64,000 nucleotides of DNA, from the NCBI GenBank assembly GCA_965178125.1, contig OZ237755.1, positions 310,001 through 374,000 of the forward strand, given 5' to 3'. Under the pieces are notes generated by a model. That model was given only the letters and a program-made list of their open reading frames with translations, made no database searches and was not told where the DNA came from. Origin of the DNA: Bilabrum cf. latius (lineage: Eukaryota). Below, in pieces: positions 47,001 to 59,600 of this stretch; positions within the stretch are counted from its first letter, which is position 1; each line of letters begins with the position of its first letter. The translations under genes and the position numbers were made by a program.

Positions 47001-50000
47001 CAGAGTACTACGCGATGACCGCGGGAGGCACGATGTCGTCCTCCTCATCTTCGCCATCCTTGCTCTCCTATGCACCGGTTCCTTCCTCTTTCTTCGCCCT
47101 AGCTCTCGCCAGGATCTCCTAGGCCTCCGTCTTGGCCTCCTGCAGCGCCACGTTGGACACCCGCGTGCCGCTCGTGGCCTCGCACAGCAGCAGAGCGGGG
47201 GAGGGCTGCAACTTTGGGGCGATGCCGTGCACGCTGGCGAGCGCCGCCATGATCGAGGGGCGCAGCACGCGATAGCTAAGGAACGACCGAGTGAGCTTCA
47301 GACTGGCTAGGGTCACGTGCGCCTCGCTGCCCTCGGGGATCTCGTGCTTCTTGGGCGCCCCGCACTGCGCCGCTGCCGCTGCCATCGCAATGGCAGCGGC
47401 AGCGGCGCGAGTGTCTCTGGCTGACACCACCTCGCCGCTGAGCTGCAGCGTTGTGGATACGGACAGAGCCTGCGAGCCCGCGAAGTCCGCGAGTCCCCCC
47501 GCCGAGGCACCTTCCGCGGGTGCTCCCAGAGGCTGCTTGAGCAGCACGTGCGGCTGCGAGCCGTCGCCTTCTCCCGCGGCAAGAGCGTCTGCGACAGACT
47601 CTGGGAGACTAGCGTACGCGCGCAGGCAGGCAACGCAGTGTCGAATGAGGCCAGAGGCGGGGCGGGCCACCATGACAGCGCGCAGGACCGGCCACAGGGC
47701 GAAGAAAGAGTGGACGGACGGGATTTTCGCCCCGAACATGCTCTGCTGCTTCGTGATGCAGTCCTTAGTGGCTGGTAGCACTGCAAGGAGCTGCCCGAGG
47801 CTCTTGACAAGCACCTTGCCACGAGCCTGGCCCATCACCGCAGCCCTACCCGCGGAAGTCTCCGAGCCAAGCGGCATGGTGACCTTGATCTGGGGACCTG
47901 CCGGCAGGGAGCCAGTCAAAGAGGCGCCAGCACCTGAAGCTGCCCCCTTGCTGCCTTGCATCGCGCCTAGCAATGGCCCGCCCTTGGATCTCTTGGAAGC
48001 GCTGGCAGATGCTGCGCCCATTGATCCGCCAACCGAGCCGTATGAGAGTGAGACGACAGGACGAACGGCATCCTCAGCCGCACGTTCGGCGCGTGCCGCC
48101 GCACAGAGACACGCTGCCAGGTCACTGACGTAGTCTCTGCCGCGGGACTGCAACACATTCCCTGTGACGCACACCCGAGCAACCGAGTGAGCGAGCCCGC
48201 GCGTGAACTTGGCCCCGATGGAAGCCCCGAGCAGGGGCAGCACGGCAGGCACCACGACTGGCAGCAAGCCCTGCAGGACGGTTGAGTTCTCTCTCAGCAG
48301 CATCTCTAGCCCCTCGCAAGCCAGTGCACCCACTCTGCGCACAGAAAGTACCCAGTTTCGCACGATGGACTGCTCCACTGCGGCAATGGCCTCGGGGTCC
48401 GAGGCGTTACCCATGCCAGCCCCGCTGCCGCCTGCCGGCTGCAAGACGCCGAAGACGGCGGGGCGCCACGAAACGAGGTCAATCGGCACCAGCCCCCCAG
48501 CACCACCCGCGGGCCTCGGCACAAGCCCATCGAACGGGCTCAAGTCTTCCACAGGAGACGCAACGAGCGAAGTTGACAGCAGATCCCGAGAGACCTTCTC
48601 GGACTCGCCGTCATCTCCAGCGTTCGCTCGCCTCTGTTCAAGGACAGCAGCAGCTGCCTTCAGGCCCACAACCTGCTCCTTGCGCAGCGCCACCGGACCC
48701 TGCATAGGGTCGTGTGCAGCGATCTGCTCATCAATGGCACGCACAGGAGCGTCGCCGGCCTGTCTAGCCATCCGCAGCAAGGCAGGCAGCACTTCGGCTA
48801 GCACGAGCGCGGCAGCGCCCGAGCCTGCACCCAGGTGAGCCTCTGGCATCACAGCACCAGCCGTCTCCACCATCCAGGTGGTGCCACGCATCAGCCCCAC
48901 GCAGGCTCGCGTCGCACCCAGGCGCAGAGATGCCACGTGAGCCGCGATACCAGCCCTGCCCGCGAGGTGCGACCGGAGGGCCTTCTCGCTCGTGCCCCTG
49001 ACGAGCAGAAGGTCGATGCACGCGCAGGTCACCGGGGCAAGAGACGCGGCTGCTAGCAGGCTTGACCCTTCGCTGCCCGAGCTGTGCTTGCCCAGTGCTC
49101 CGAAACCGGACGACACATCCTGAGCCTCGGATCTCGACACGCTGCAGTGTCCGCTAATGGTCACGGAATCGGCGGCCTGGAGCGTCGAAGGGAATCCTGC
49201 AAGCTTCACGAGGCCGAGGTACGCATGCTTCCAGAGGGTGTGCCCGCTGGCGATCGAGGGAGAGACCTGCGGGTTGTAGCAGGTCAGCAGCAAGGGCACG
49301 AGGCACATGGAAGCCGCCTCAGCGTGCTGCTCCCGGTCGCCGGCGGCTGCCGAGGCGCAGTCAACGAGCAGGCGGATCGCGTGCCTCAGCGCGGACGTCG
49401 TGGCCTTGGGGCCGTACGTGAGAAGCGGGTAGCTGCGGTGCAGAATACCGTCATCGATGTCGTCGCCAGCGGCGCCAAGGGCTCCGATCGATGTAGCCAC
49501 CTGCGCTCGTGCAGCCTGCGCCTCGCTGCCATCCACGATGGTGGTATCAACCTTTGAGTCAACCAAATCGTTCACTGGAACGGCAGGGAAGGCAGCGTAC
49601 TTGGCATGGGCTGAGCTCTTTGCCTCCGCCGCGATTGCGGCTGCCTCCTCAGTGGTTGGGCTGGAATCGATGCCCGCCACAACTCCGCCTAGCGCAGGCT
49701 GGATGGACTTGCCGCCAAGGGTCAGACCTTCGGGATGCTCCGGCCGGGGCTGCCTCGATCCACCCTTCCCCTTGCCCTTGCCACCGCCTCCTGCTTTGGC
49801 GGCACTCGGGGCTGCGTCTGCGTCTGCCTGCCGCTTCGCCTCGAGCTCCTGATCCTGCACTGCAGCGAACTGCGCCTTTCTCTGCTCTTCAAACTGCTCA
49901 GTGGCGCTCTTGGCATCCTGCAGCTGGCCCTGCCGCATGGTGAACCACATGGCATGCATGAGCAGCGAGAAGCTGTGCATGTCCGAGGCGCAAGCGCGAC

Positions 50001-53000
50001 CGATGGCCGCGGCTGCCGCTCGCCTGACGGCCGCCGCGACGTGCGTAAGGAGCGCAACCAGGGTGCGCCAGAACACGGATGGGGGAGAGTGCGTCGAGTC
50101 GTGGGCCTTGAGGGCCGGTCGGGGGCTCAAGGCAGCCGGGGACGCGAGCTTTTTGGGCGCCTCTTCGGACGATCCGCCGGCACCTGAGCTGGCCTTTCCC
50201 GCAGCAGCCTGCGCCTCGGGCGATTCGGCGGCGTCCTCTTGCGCGAAGCCGTCGGCCTGGCACGTGGACTCGACCACCTCCTGAATGTCCGCGCCAGCAT
50301 TCCCGGCAGTAGCTCCGAGCAAGTCGGAGCGGATGGCCTCTTTGGTAGGCTCGGCGAAAATCTGCGGGTGTGCCGTGGGCCAGCGCAAAGCGATGTCGCC
50401 CATGGTGGCAGCAAGGCACACCAACGACGGCTGCAGACGACGCACGTGGCCCCTGGTCCTGCCCGATGCGAGGAGCAGCGGGTCTGACGACAGGAACGAT
50501 TTCTTCTCAACCAGTGCGCCAAGCAGGTCCACCGCCCCCGGGGCACTCCCCACACAAGGTGCCTTTTTCTTCTTGCTGCCACCGCTCTTCGACGACGACT
50601 TGCCCGTGGCCGCAGCAGATCCTGAAGATTCCTTGCTGCTCTTGCTCTTCTTCCCGCTCTTGCTCTTCTTTCCAGTCGAAGCTGCCGGCATGAGTCCAAG
50701 CATCGCGAAGTCCATGGCGGCGGACTTTGAGCTCTTCTTACTCTTGCCTCCTTTGCTCTTCTTGTCGGAGGATTTCTAGGACCCGCTCCCAGCCCCCGGG
50801 TCCGCAGCCAGGGCAGCCGACGCCGACGCTTTCTTCTTCTTTGAGGACTTGAGCTCGGCCTGCACCTCCGCGCTGGTCTTCTCGATCGCATCCCTGACGG
50901 GCCCTCCTCGGCACGCTGCGCGCAGGAGCGCGCACGCTGCGTAGATCCCGCACGGTGCCGGCGCCAGCGGGTGGCTCGCGGCAAACCAAGCTAGCTGCTG
51001 CAGAGGCTAGACTAGCTTCTCCACGGCAGCTGCAGACTGCTCGGCGCAGGGACCGGATGCCCCGAGGCCCTCTGCAAGAAGACGGGCGAATGCGCCGGCC
51101 TTCCTGAGGGCCACGCTCTCAGCATCCTTGGCCTCGCCCCCGACCACCGCGGCGGCGCCTGCCTCGATGCACTTGGCGAGCACCGACTCGATGGCGGCGG
51201 GCATGCTGCCGAAGGTTCTGCAGACGGCCCCGAGCATGCGGATGCTGCCCTCCGCCGCGGCCGCGTTGGACTCGCCCGAAGCGTGCTCGGTCAGTGTCTT
51301 GATGAGGGCGTCTGCGGCCGGCTTGGCCTGCGCATCGGTGAGTCGAGCAGTGACGCGAACCTCCGCTGCGTCAGACTGCGGGCCGTGCACGAGGTCGGCC
51401 TGTCTGCCCAGCGAGAGTGCGATCGCGTTGATCTCCTCCGATGCGGCGTACGGCAGCGGCCTGGTGCGCGACAGCTCCACGGGCACCGCCGTCGCAGCGG
51501 CGGGACCGCTACCCACAACCTTGCCGGATTCGTCATAGCCAAGCCCGTGGAAAGGTGAGTCTGCCTGGGTCGCGCCCACGCCAGTGGCGAGGGAGCTGGA
51601 GGCAGCTGCAGCCTTCGCGTGCAGGCTGGTGCGGACCGTACCGACCACCGTCTTCAGGCACGTGCCGGGCGCGAAAAGCCCGGCGAGACACGCTGCCAGG
51701 CCTCGCGCCTGAAGCGCGCGCGCCTGCCAAGAGCCCAGAGCTGCCTTTCCCTTGCCGCTGAGCTTCGTGCCGGAACTCTTGGCGACTGCTGCGGCGCAAG
51801 CAGCTGCGGCGGCTCCTTGCGCTACTGCGACAGCAGCAGCGATTGCCCTAATGCAAGCAGCGTGCAGCGTGCCGTCAACTTGCAAAGAACTGAGGCTGCT
51901 ACTGCTCGCAATTGCTTCGCAGCACGAAGCCAGCGCGTCCTGTGGGATGACGTCGCTCGGCAGCGAGGCCAAGAGCGTCGCGAGGCAGTGCAGCTGGGCT
52001 GCAGAGGAGCTGCCAGCCGCCTCTGCTACCATCGCGCCAAGCTCTTGCACGATCGTGTCCCTGCTGTTCACGATGGAGGCCGCCGCAGCGATGGCTGCCT
52101 GTGCTTGGGGAGCCTCGTGTCTCCGCCATGCCCCGTGGCTGGCGCCGCCTGACGCCCCCGCTCCCGAGGAGGCAGCGCCGTGGGCCTGAGACACAGACAC
52201 GGCGGCCTCTGGGTCGGCCATGATGGATGCAATGTGCCTCGTGGCGGAGGACCGCAGCACTTCGGCCCACTCCGGCGCTGGGTCCGACCGGAGCCCCTGC
52301 CTTGCTGCCCTAGCGGCCGTCTCGACGGCGGCCGCGGCGGGCGTCGCGCCGGCCTTGGCCTCTTCAAGGCGAGAGACGACAAACTCGCGAGATTCCTAGG
52401 AGCGCGCCAGAAGGATCGAAGCTTGAGAAATGCAAAGTTGTCTGAACTTGCGCGTCTTCGAGGCACGGTGCTCAGTCCACGCGCCTGCTTTCCGCTGGCA
52501 CAGGTCGCAGGCCCGCAGGATGGCAGCGGTCAATGCTGCGGCTGCGGGCGCTTCGGAGCGGCGCTACTCAACTTCATCAGCTAGTGCTACTGCTTCGTCG
52601 TCGTCGTCGTCGTCAACCTCCGATTGTTTGTGTTCCTGGTTGCCTTCCTGCTGGCTAGAAAGGGACCGGAGTACCGCCTCCGATTCGCGTCTGGCAGTGC
52701 TCCAGCTCGAAAGCAATGCGCACGAGCACCTGACGAAGTGAACGAGCTGTATGTCGTTGTAATCATCAAGTTTTACGTCTCCTGCAGTGGTTGATGAGCT
52801 CGGTGTGCTCAAGAAATCGGTAATTGCAGTTGCGCGCATGCAAAGCAGCTTGGGCGCACGATAGTCCGCTTACCTTTTCGAATGCGTCGTTCATATGCTG
52901 CCAACGCACCGGGATTGGCCCCAAGCTATGAATAGGTCTGCGGAAGCAAGAACTTAAAATCCTGGATTCGCCAGAATGGTCTGAAATGAAATGAACAGCA

Positions 53001-53292
53001 ACTAGATCTACCACGTTCACCTCACCTGCTCAATCGCGGCGGATGCACTGCTATCGACAGGGGCAGATTCCGTTCGTTCCAGGACTTTGACGGCCCTTGA
53101 GCAGTTCCTGGAGCTTCCTGTGGCAACAAAGTCGCCGGAGCGCATCACGGACTGTAGAAGAAGAACAGCACGCTTGGTCGCCTTTGGCTTGGCTGCGCGG
53201 CGGAGCGTTTTGAGTACAGGCTTCATCATTCGTAGTATCGAATCATCCTGCGATTGACTGGCATCCGGTGGGTGTCCTGCGGCGGCTGCCAT
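41092..53292 (-). CDS. GCN1: GCN1 eIF2-alpha kinase activator (HEAT repeats), ~4,000 aa
   Basis: [79 protein letters not shown]. 11 in-frame TAGs. Predicted introns 52938-53025 and 52782-52873. TGA 41092. The 5' exon model is less certain. Confidence 0.88.
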
Positions 53293-53302
53293 TCTAAAAT
53301 GC

Positions 53303-53560
53303 TCAAGTGGATGGACGCACAGTCAATGAGTAAGTGCACGTTACCCTGGAGACGCCGACCCTTGACCTAGTTCCCGCCCACCCAGAAATCACGCGTATCG
53401 GTTCTAGCACCAGAAATAAGAGCGTGCATCCGACTCTACAAAGTCTCAAGTCGTGCGTGAGAAAAGTACATCGGTTGATGTTGATCCCAAGCATGATGGC
53501 AGTCGCGAGCAAACCGAACCACCAGTTATGAACAAGTGAGCATTTCAATGGATCGAACGA
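53303..53560 (-). other. Possible TMEM17/TMEM216-like transmembrane fragment (no start found; remnant or exon)
   Basis: PLKCSLVHNWWF...LLFLVLEPIRVISGWAG resembles the family's E-x-x-R-L-x-x-G-x-x-G motif. Squeezed between two genes. Confidence 0.25.
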
Positions 53561-53633
53561 ACGCTACAAGTCTTGTCAAAATAACCTTCATCATCGTCGT
53601 GGCAGATCATCAGGTGATCTCCTCGCCCTCGTC

Positions 53634-56600
53634 TCATTTTGTGCCTGTGCCAGAGCCATTGCTGCGAGCGTACGCCGCCAGCCGCGCCCGCACATCCAGG
53701 CGCCTCCTCGCGGGCTGCCCCGATGACTTGCTCTCGCTGGCCCCCGCGCCTGCTGCAGATCCCCTTGATCCCTTGCCCTGACTAGCAGCCGAAGGGCTAT
53801 CCAACGCACTAGGCGAGAAAGCGAAGGCACCTGCGGCAGCGCTCCCCGTCGGCTTGTTCGTGGCCTACTAGCTGGCATCCTGCGTCCCCTACGCACCGGT
53901 GGGCGAAGGCACCTGCTTCTTGACGGGGGAAAACGACGGTGTCACGGCAGAGTTGGAGGCACCATGCAAGCGAGACAACCCGTTCGGCTTCGGGGCCGAC
54001 CGCTGTGCCGTGGCACCGTCGATCTCCGCACCGGTCTCGCCTGCTGTTCTCCGCTGCTCCTCCGCGTGCTCGAGGCAGTCCCGAAGGTTCCTTAGCGCTT
54101 CGACGAACTTCGGGCTGTATCCGCTGCGCTTGATGCTCGCCTTCAGCATATCGTTCATCTTCGCCGGCGGGGTGCGCCGGGCAGCCCACATTCGATGCAC
54201 TGCGCTACGAGTATCCAACAGCCGCTGTCCCTGCCGGGCGCGCTCCATCAGGCGGCTAACTCTTCCTTCCAGCGCCTGCTTCCGCGACACCAGTTCGTCG
54301 CATCTAACGTCAAGCTGCGTGATCCGCCCGGCCACCTGCCTCAGCTTGCCCTGCGCCTGCTCCGCAACGGGCCGCATCCACTCTCCCCGCTGCACCGCCT
54401 GCAGCTCGCTCGCCGCCGCGTCTCTCGTCTCCCTTACCCTGGCCTCTAGTCCCGCCTTGAATGAGTCCAGCATGCGCTCTGCCCTCGCCTCGTATTCTTT
54501 CCTGGCGACTTCCTCCGCGTGCTGTACAGCAGACGCGCGGCGAGCCTCCACCGCAGCTGGCGACTCATCCAGGGGCTCGGAGACCCGCTTGATCAGGTCG
54601 GTCAGGTCACCGGCCCTTCCTTCCGCCGAGCCGTCCGGTACTGCTCCCGCTGCCCGGGCCGCCTCAATCTGCGATTCCATCTCGTACTGCACCACGCTTT
54701 GCGCGAGAGCTCCGAGTTCTTTGCGCTGCTGCTCCCTGATGGCATCTACCGTCTGCCGCATGCGCTCCAGCTCGTTCTCAAGCTTCTCCTTGGACTGCCG
54801 CACCTGCTCCCACTTGCCTTGCTTCACCTCCAGGATTGGCATGAACTGATCAACATGCTGCTTCCAAGCCCTGAGTTCCTCTTCCCGGCGAGACTCCTCC
54901 TCCGCACGGGCAGAAGACATGGATGACTCGGCTGCTGCACCCAGCCGGTCAAACGTTCTTGTGATATGACCCAGCCCAACGGTCGAGTCTGCCACAGCAG
55001 GATCAGCGACAGCGTCCCTCAGTTTCACAGCTTGTCTGGCATAGTCGCGGACCTCGTGCATTTCCATATCGGCGGCAATCACGCCTCGTGCGGTCGAGAG
55101 GCCCTCGCCCAGCCGCGCGCCCACCCGGCCCACCACATCGTACTCAACAGCCGAGGCTTCGGCCATTCCGCAGAGCAACTGCTTTCGGACCATTGCGAGG
55201 TCTTGGCGCCCGTGGAGAACTGCGCTGCGCACGCCAGCAAAGAGCGCGAGTGCAGTCTACGGGCCGCAGAAAACAGCGGCAGCCACTGACTCCCACGACC
55301 GAAGCCGGCGCCAGCGCAGCAGAGCTGACCCAAAGTTCCGTTTGAATGCTTGCGCAAGCTGCACTACCTCCTGTTGGCTGGACTTTGCAGAATCCCTGGC
55401 GGCGCTCGAGAGCGGCGAAGATAGGACCCCGTGGATGGAAGGAAACAGGGCATCGCGACCAGCAGCCTGCGATACCAAATCCTTTGCCTTGGCCTCGTAC
55501 TCGCCGCGAACCCGCTGCAGCAGCGCGCTTACCACACGATCAGTTTCGGAGAGTGGGTCGGGCATCTTGACCTGAGGACCTGCCAGATCGTGGGCGTCGT
55601 CTCGCACAACAAGGGACGTACTAGCCGAAGCAAGGCTCCCCTGAATGCCTGCGGCCTTTGGGTCACTGCGCGCGTCTGCGGCAGACTTCACCTTGTACGG
55701 AATTGGCAGTCCATCCGCGCGGGCGATCTCATGTCCCTCTGCAGAGGGAGTCCAGGCGTATGGGCCTGAGGACATATCCTTCTTCGTCGCAAGCGCCTTG
55801 AGACGCTGCTTGCCCTCGGCTGGCAGCTTGTTTGCCGCGTAGTCTTCAGGATCCTGCACGGCGGCCAAATCGACCCCGCTTCGCTCAAGCAGCCCAGTGA
55901 GAGCCTGGCGCCTGCGCTGCTGCCTGAGCCGGATATCTCCCACGTCCAGGATTCCATCCAGGCCAGAGGTCGCAACGTCATTCTCTGGAACGAGCAGGAG
56001 GTCGTTTGCTTCTCTTTCTGCCTCGCCTGCATTGGACTGCAGCGCGGCCAGATCCTCCTCCCAGCCCAACAGGTCTCGTTTGCCAACAACTCCGCGGAGC
56101 GCCCGCTCTCTAGGTGACTGGGTAAGCTGCTGCAGGCTAGCTGAGGCTGGCGAGCCCGACGGTAGCGGGCTCGAGGCCGGTGATCGAGCGCGGGCATAAT
56201 TGGAAGCTCCTGGCGTGACGGGATGCTTCGTTTCGGTGCCCGGGGAGGGGACAGACCTGGGCAGAGCAGGCGGCTGCTGCTGCCGGTCACTCATATCTGA
56301 GTCATCTGCGCGAACTAGTTCTCGCGGCTGGTCGGCGTGCTCTGAAGGCAGCAGTTCGATCTTGCGCCTGCCTTGCAGCAACACGGGATCCAATGGAGGC
56401 GTGGGCGGCCGGGCACTGGCAGGCGCAGGCGCTGGAGCCTGTGGCGATCGTGCTGATTCAGATTGGGCTCTGTGCGCCCGCATCGGAGAGAACAGACCCA
56501 TAGCCGGATGCTGGCTCGCGGCAGCATCGATCGGATTCTCGCGCTGGCTGGAGTAGTCTCGAGTCGCCGTCGATTCCGATGGCAGCTGGACGTTCTGGCC

Positions 56601-59600
56601 GGAGGTTGATCCCTCAAGAAGATCGGCAAAGCTCACGGGCCGCTGGTCAGGTGCACCCTCTGGCGTCCGCGGCCTCATCTTCGATAGTACGTCGGCTCGG
56701 CTAACGGGAGACTCTACAGCACTGGCTGGCAGCCCGCCAGATCGCCTCAGCTTCGCCAACTGCGCGTCAAAATCTGTCTGGCTGGGCGATTTGGCAGCTG
56801 CTTGAGCAGCACTGTGGGATAGCGCAATTGGCGACAAGGCCGGCGATTGCTTGCCGCCATTCTTCCCCCCAATCGCAGGAGATGAAGGCCCTACGGTGCC
56901 AGCCTGGACAGCTGCCGGGTCGTAAGCAACAAACGTAGGCATATCTTCGGTTGCCAGCATGGTCGCGCGTGCATGCTCATCGTCTTCAATCTCGCGGCCA
57001 GCCCGCGTTGCCTGCTTGTCCACACTGCCTGCACCCTCTCTCGAACCGCTGGCTGGGCTTCCTTTCGAGCGGTGCTTGAGCATCACAGTCTCGTACTCGG
57101 GACGTACCACGCCCCTCAGACCTCCAGCGATTGGCTTGTTCACGTAAGCGGGACGGCGAGGAGCAGCTTCCTGCTGAGATGCAACAGAAGAGTCTAGCGC
57201 ACTGCTGCTCCGAGATTTCCTGCCAGGGGGTGCACGCGGCCTGATGGGAGGCTTTGGAGGACGTCGCCGCCTCCCTGGAGGGCGCGGGGGGCCGTCCCCG
57301 GCGCGCACCGCAAAACTTCGGGGCTCAACGATTGGGGCTCGCTGATGTGCCGCACTCTGCTTCGTAGCAGAGGCAGTCCTTGCTAGTTCGCTGAGTGACG
57401 GCTGCTCAGAAGGCGAGCTGGGTCTGTCGCTTAGATCCAACTCCACCGGCGCCTACTATTCGATGGTATTGGGTAGTTCGCCGAGCTCCAGGCCAGTTTT
57501 GGGTGCAGGCTCTGGCGAGACGGAGGGCGGTGTCTTTGCCGCCGCCGCCGCTTTCGCAAGCATAGGTCCTTTGCTAGGTGTTTCTGGCGGACTCTGTGCA
57601 CTTGCAGTGCCGTCATTCGCGTTCTATTCAGTTTTCCCAGCCCTTGCTTCAAGAGAACCAATATTCCTTGCTGATGCTTGAGCGTAAATTTCGGTTCTAC
57701 TGGCAAGATCTGCCGTGCGCTGAACGCCGCCAACAGCTGTCGATGCGTTGTATGGTGTAGCCGTTCGCTTTACATCGTTAGCCTTGGCAGCATCCGCCTT
57801 GGCAGCATCGACCTTGGCAGCATCGGCCTTGCCAGCACCCGCCTTGCCAGCATCCGCCTTGCCAGCATCCGCCTTGCCAGCATCCGCCTTGGCAGCACCG
57901 CCCTTGGCAGCATCCGCCTAGGCAGCACCGCCCTTGGCAGCATCGGCCTTGGCAGCATCGGCCTTGCCAGCATCCGCCTTGCCAGCATCGGCCTTGGCAG
58001 CATCCGCCTAGGCAGCATCGGCCTTGGCAGCATCGGCCTTGGCAGCACCGCCCTTGCCAGCATCGGCCTTGGCAGCATCGGCCTTGGCAGCACCGCCCTT
58101 ACCAGCACCGCCCTTGCCAGCACCGCCCTTAGCAACATCGGCCTTGCCAGCACCGCCCTTGGCAGCATCGGCCTTGCCAGCACCGCCCTTAGCAACATCG
58201 GCCTTGCCAGCACCGCCCTTGGCAGCATCGGCCTTGCCAGCACCGCCCTTGGCAGCATCCGCCTTGCCAGCATCCGCCTTGCCAGCATCCGCCTTGCCAG
58301 CATCCGCCTTGGCAGCATCCGCCTTGGCAGCATCGGCCTTGGCAGCATCGGCCTTGCCAGCATCGGCCTTGCCAGCATCGGCCTTGCCAGCATCGGCCTT
58401 GCCAGCATCGGCCTTGGCAGCATCCGCCTTGCCAGCACCGCCCTTGGCAACATCGGCCTTGCCAGCATCCGCCTTGGCAGCATCCGCCTTGGCAGCATCG
58501 GCCTTGCCAGCATCCGCCTAGGCAGCATCCGCCTTGCCAGCATCGGCCTTGCCAGCATCGGCCTTGGCAACATCGGCCTTGGCAGCATCCGCCTAGGCAG
58601 CATCCGCCTTGGCAGCATCGGCCTTGCCAGCATCGGCCTTGGCAGCATCCGCCTTGGCAGCATCGGCCTTGGCAACATCGGCCTTGCCAGCATCCGCCTT
58701 GCCAGCACCCGCCTTGGCAGCATCCGCCTTGGCAGCATCGGCCTTGGCAGCATCGGCCTTGGCAGCATCGGCCTAGGCAGCATCCGCCTTGCCAGCATCG
58801 GCCTTGGCAGCATCCGCCTTGGCAGCATTGGCCTTGGCAGCACCGGCCTTTCCAGACTCAGCTGCTTCGCTAGGTTTAGTCGACGAATCTGCCTCAGGTG
58901 CCTTTGAAACTACCGTAGATGCCTTTGAAGTGGTTCTTGTACCAGTCGCTTGCTTCGAAGTCTTGGCCTTGGTTCCAGAAGACTTCACCTTGGTGCCTTT
59001 GACCATGTTGCCTTTCGATTTGAGCCGCTTCGAGCTGCCCGACGGTTTCGCAGTGGTGGTCCCCTTGGGCTTCACCTTGCCGCTACTTTTCTTTGCAACC
59101 GCACTGGTGGCCTTTCCAGAAGGCTTCAATGCCGAGGTTTTTGGTTTCACCCCACTTGAGGGCTTGATAGCAGCAGATGGCTTGGCGACAGCGGATAGCT
59201 TGGCAGCAGCAGATGGCTTCACAGCAGCCGCGGGCTTAGCAGAACTGGATTTTGCAGTAGTCGCTGAGGTGGCAGAGGGCTTTGGCTTCACAAGCTTCCC
59301 GCTTGACTTGGCCTTCACCCCAGCCTTCATTCCGGACTTTTTACTGCCAACTTTTCCCTTGGTTGACTTCAATTTGATTCCCGATATTCCACTAGCTGAT
59401 GGCTTCGCTGCCGTAGCCTTCGGCTTGGTTGCCTTCACTGAGCTAGATGATGCCTTCTTCCCAGACAAAGGCTTGGGCGATGACTTTCCAGACTTCACCT
59501 AAGATGGAGAGGATGCCTTCTTCCCAGACAAAGGCTTGGGCGATGCCGGCTTGCTGCCACTGCTTGGCTTCGGGGAGGATGCCTTCTTCCCTGCAGGCTT

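Noticed and set aside
57678-58907. SIRLG-repeat and MLPRR-repeat ORFs; CRISPR-like or telomeric array
   Set aside because: These are alternative frames of a 15-bp coding minisatellite with no unique spacers and no cas genes. Only the AKADA frame is continuous with the flanking CDS.
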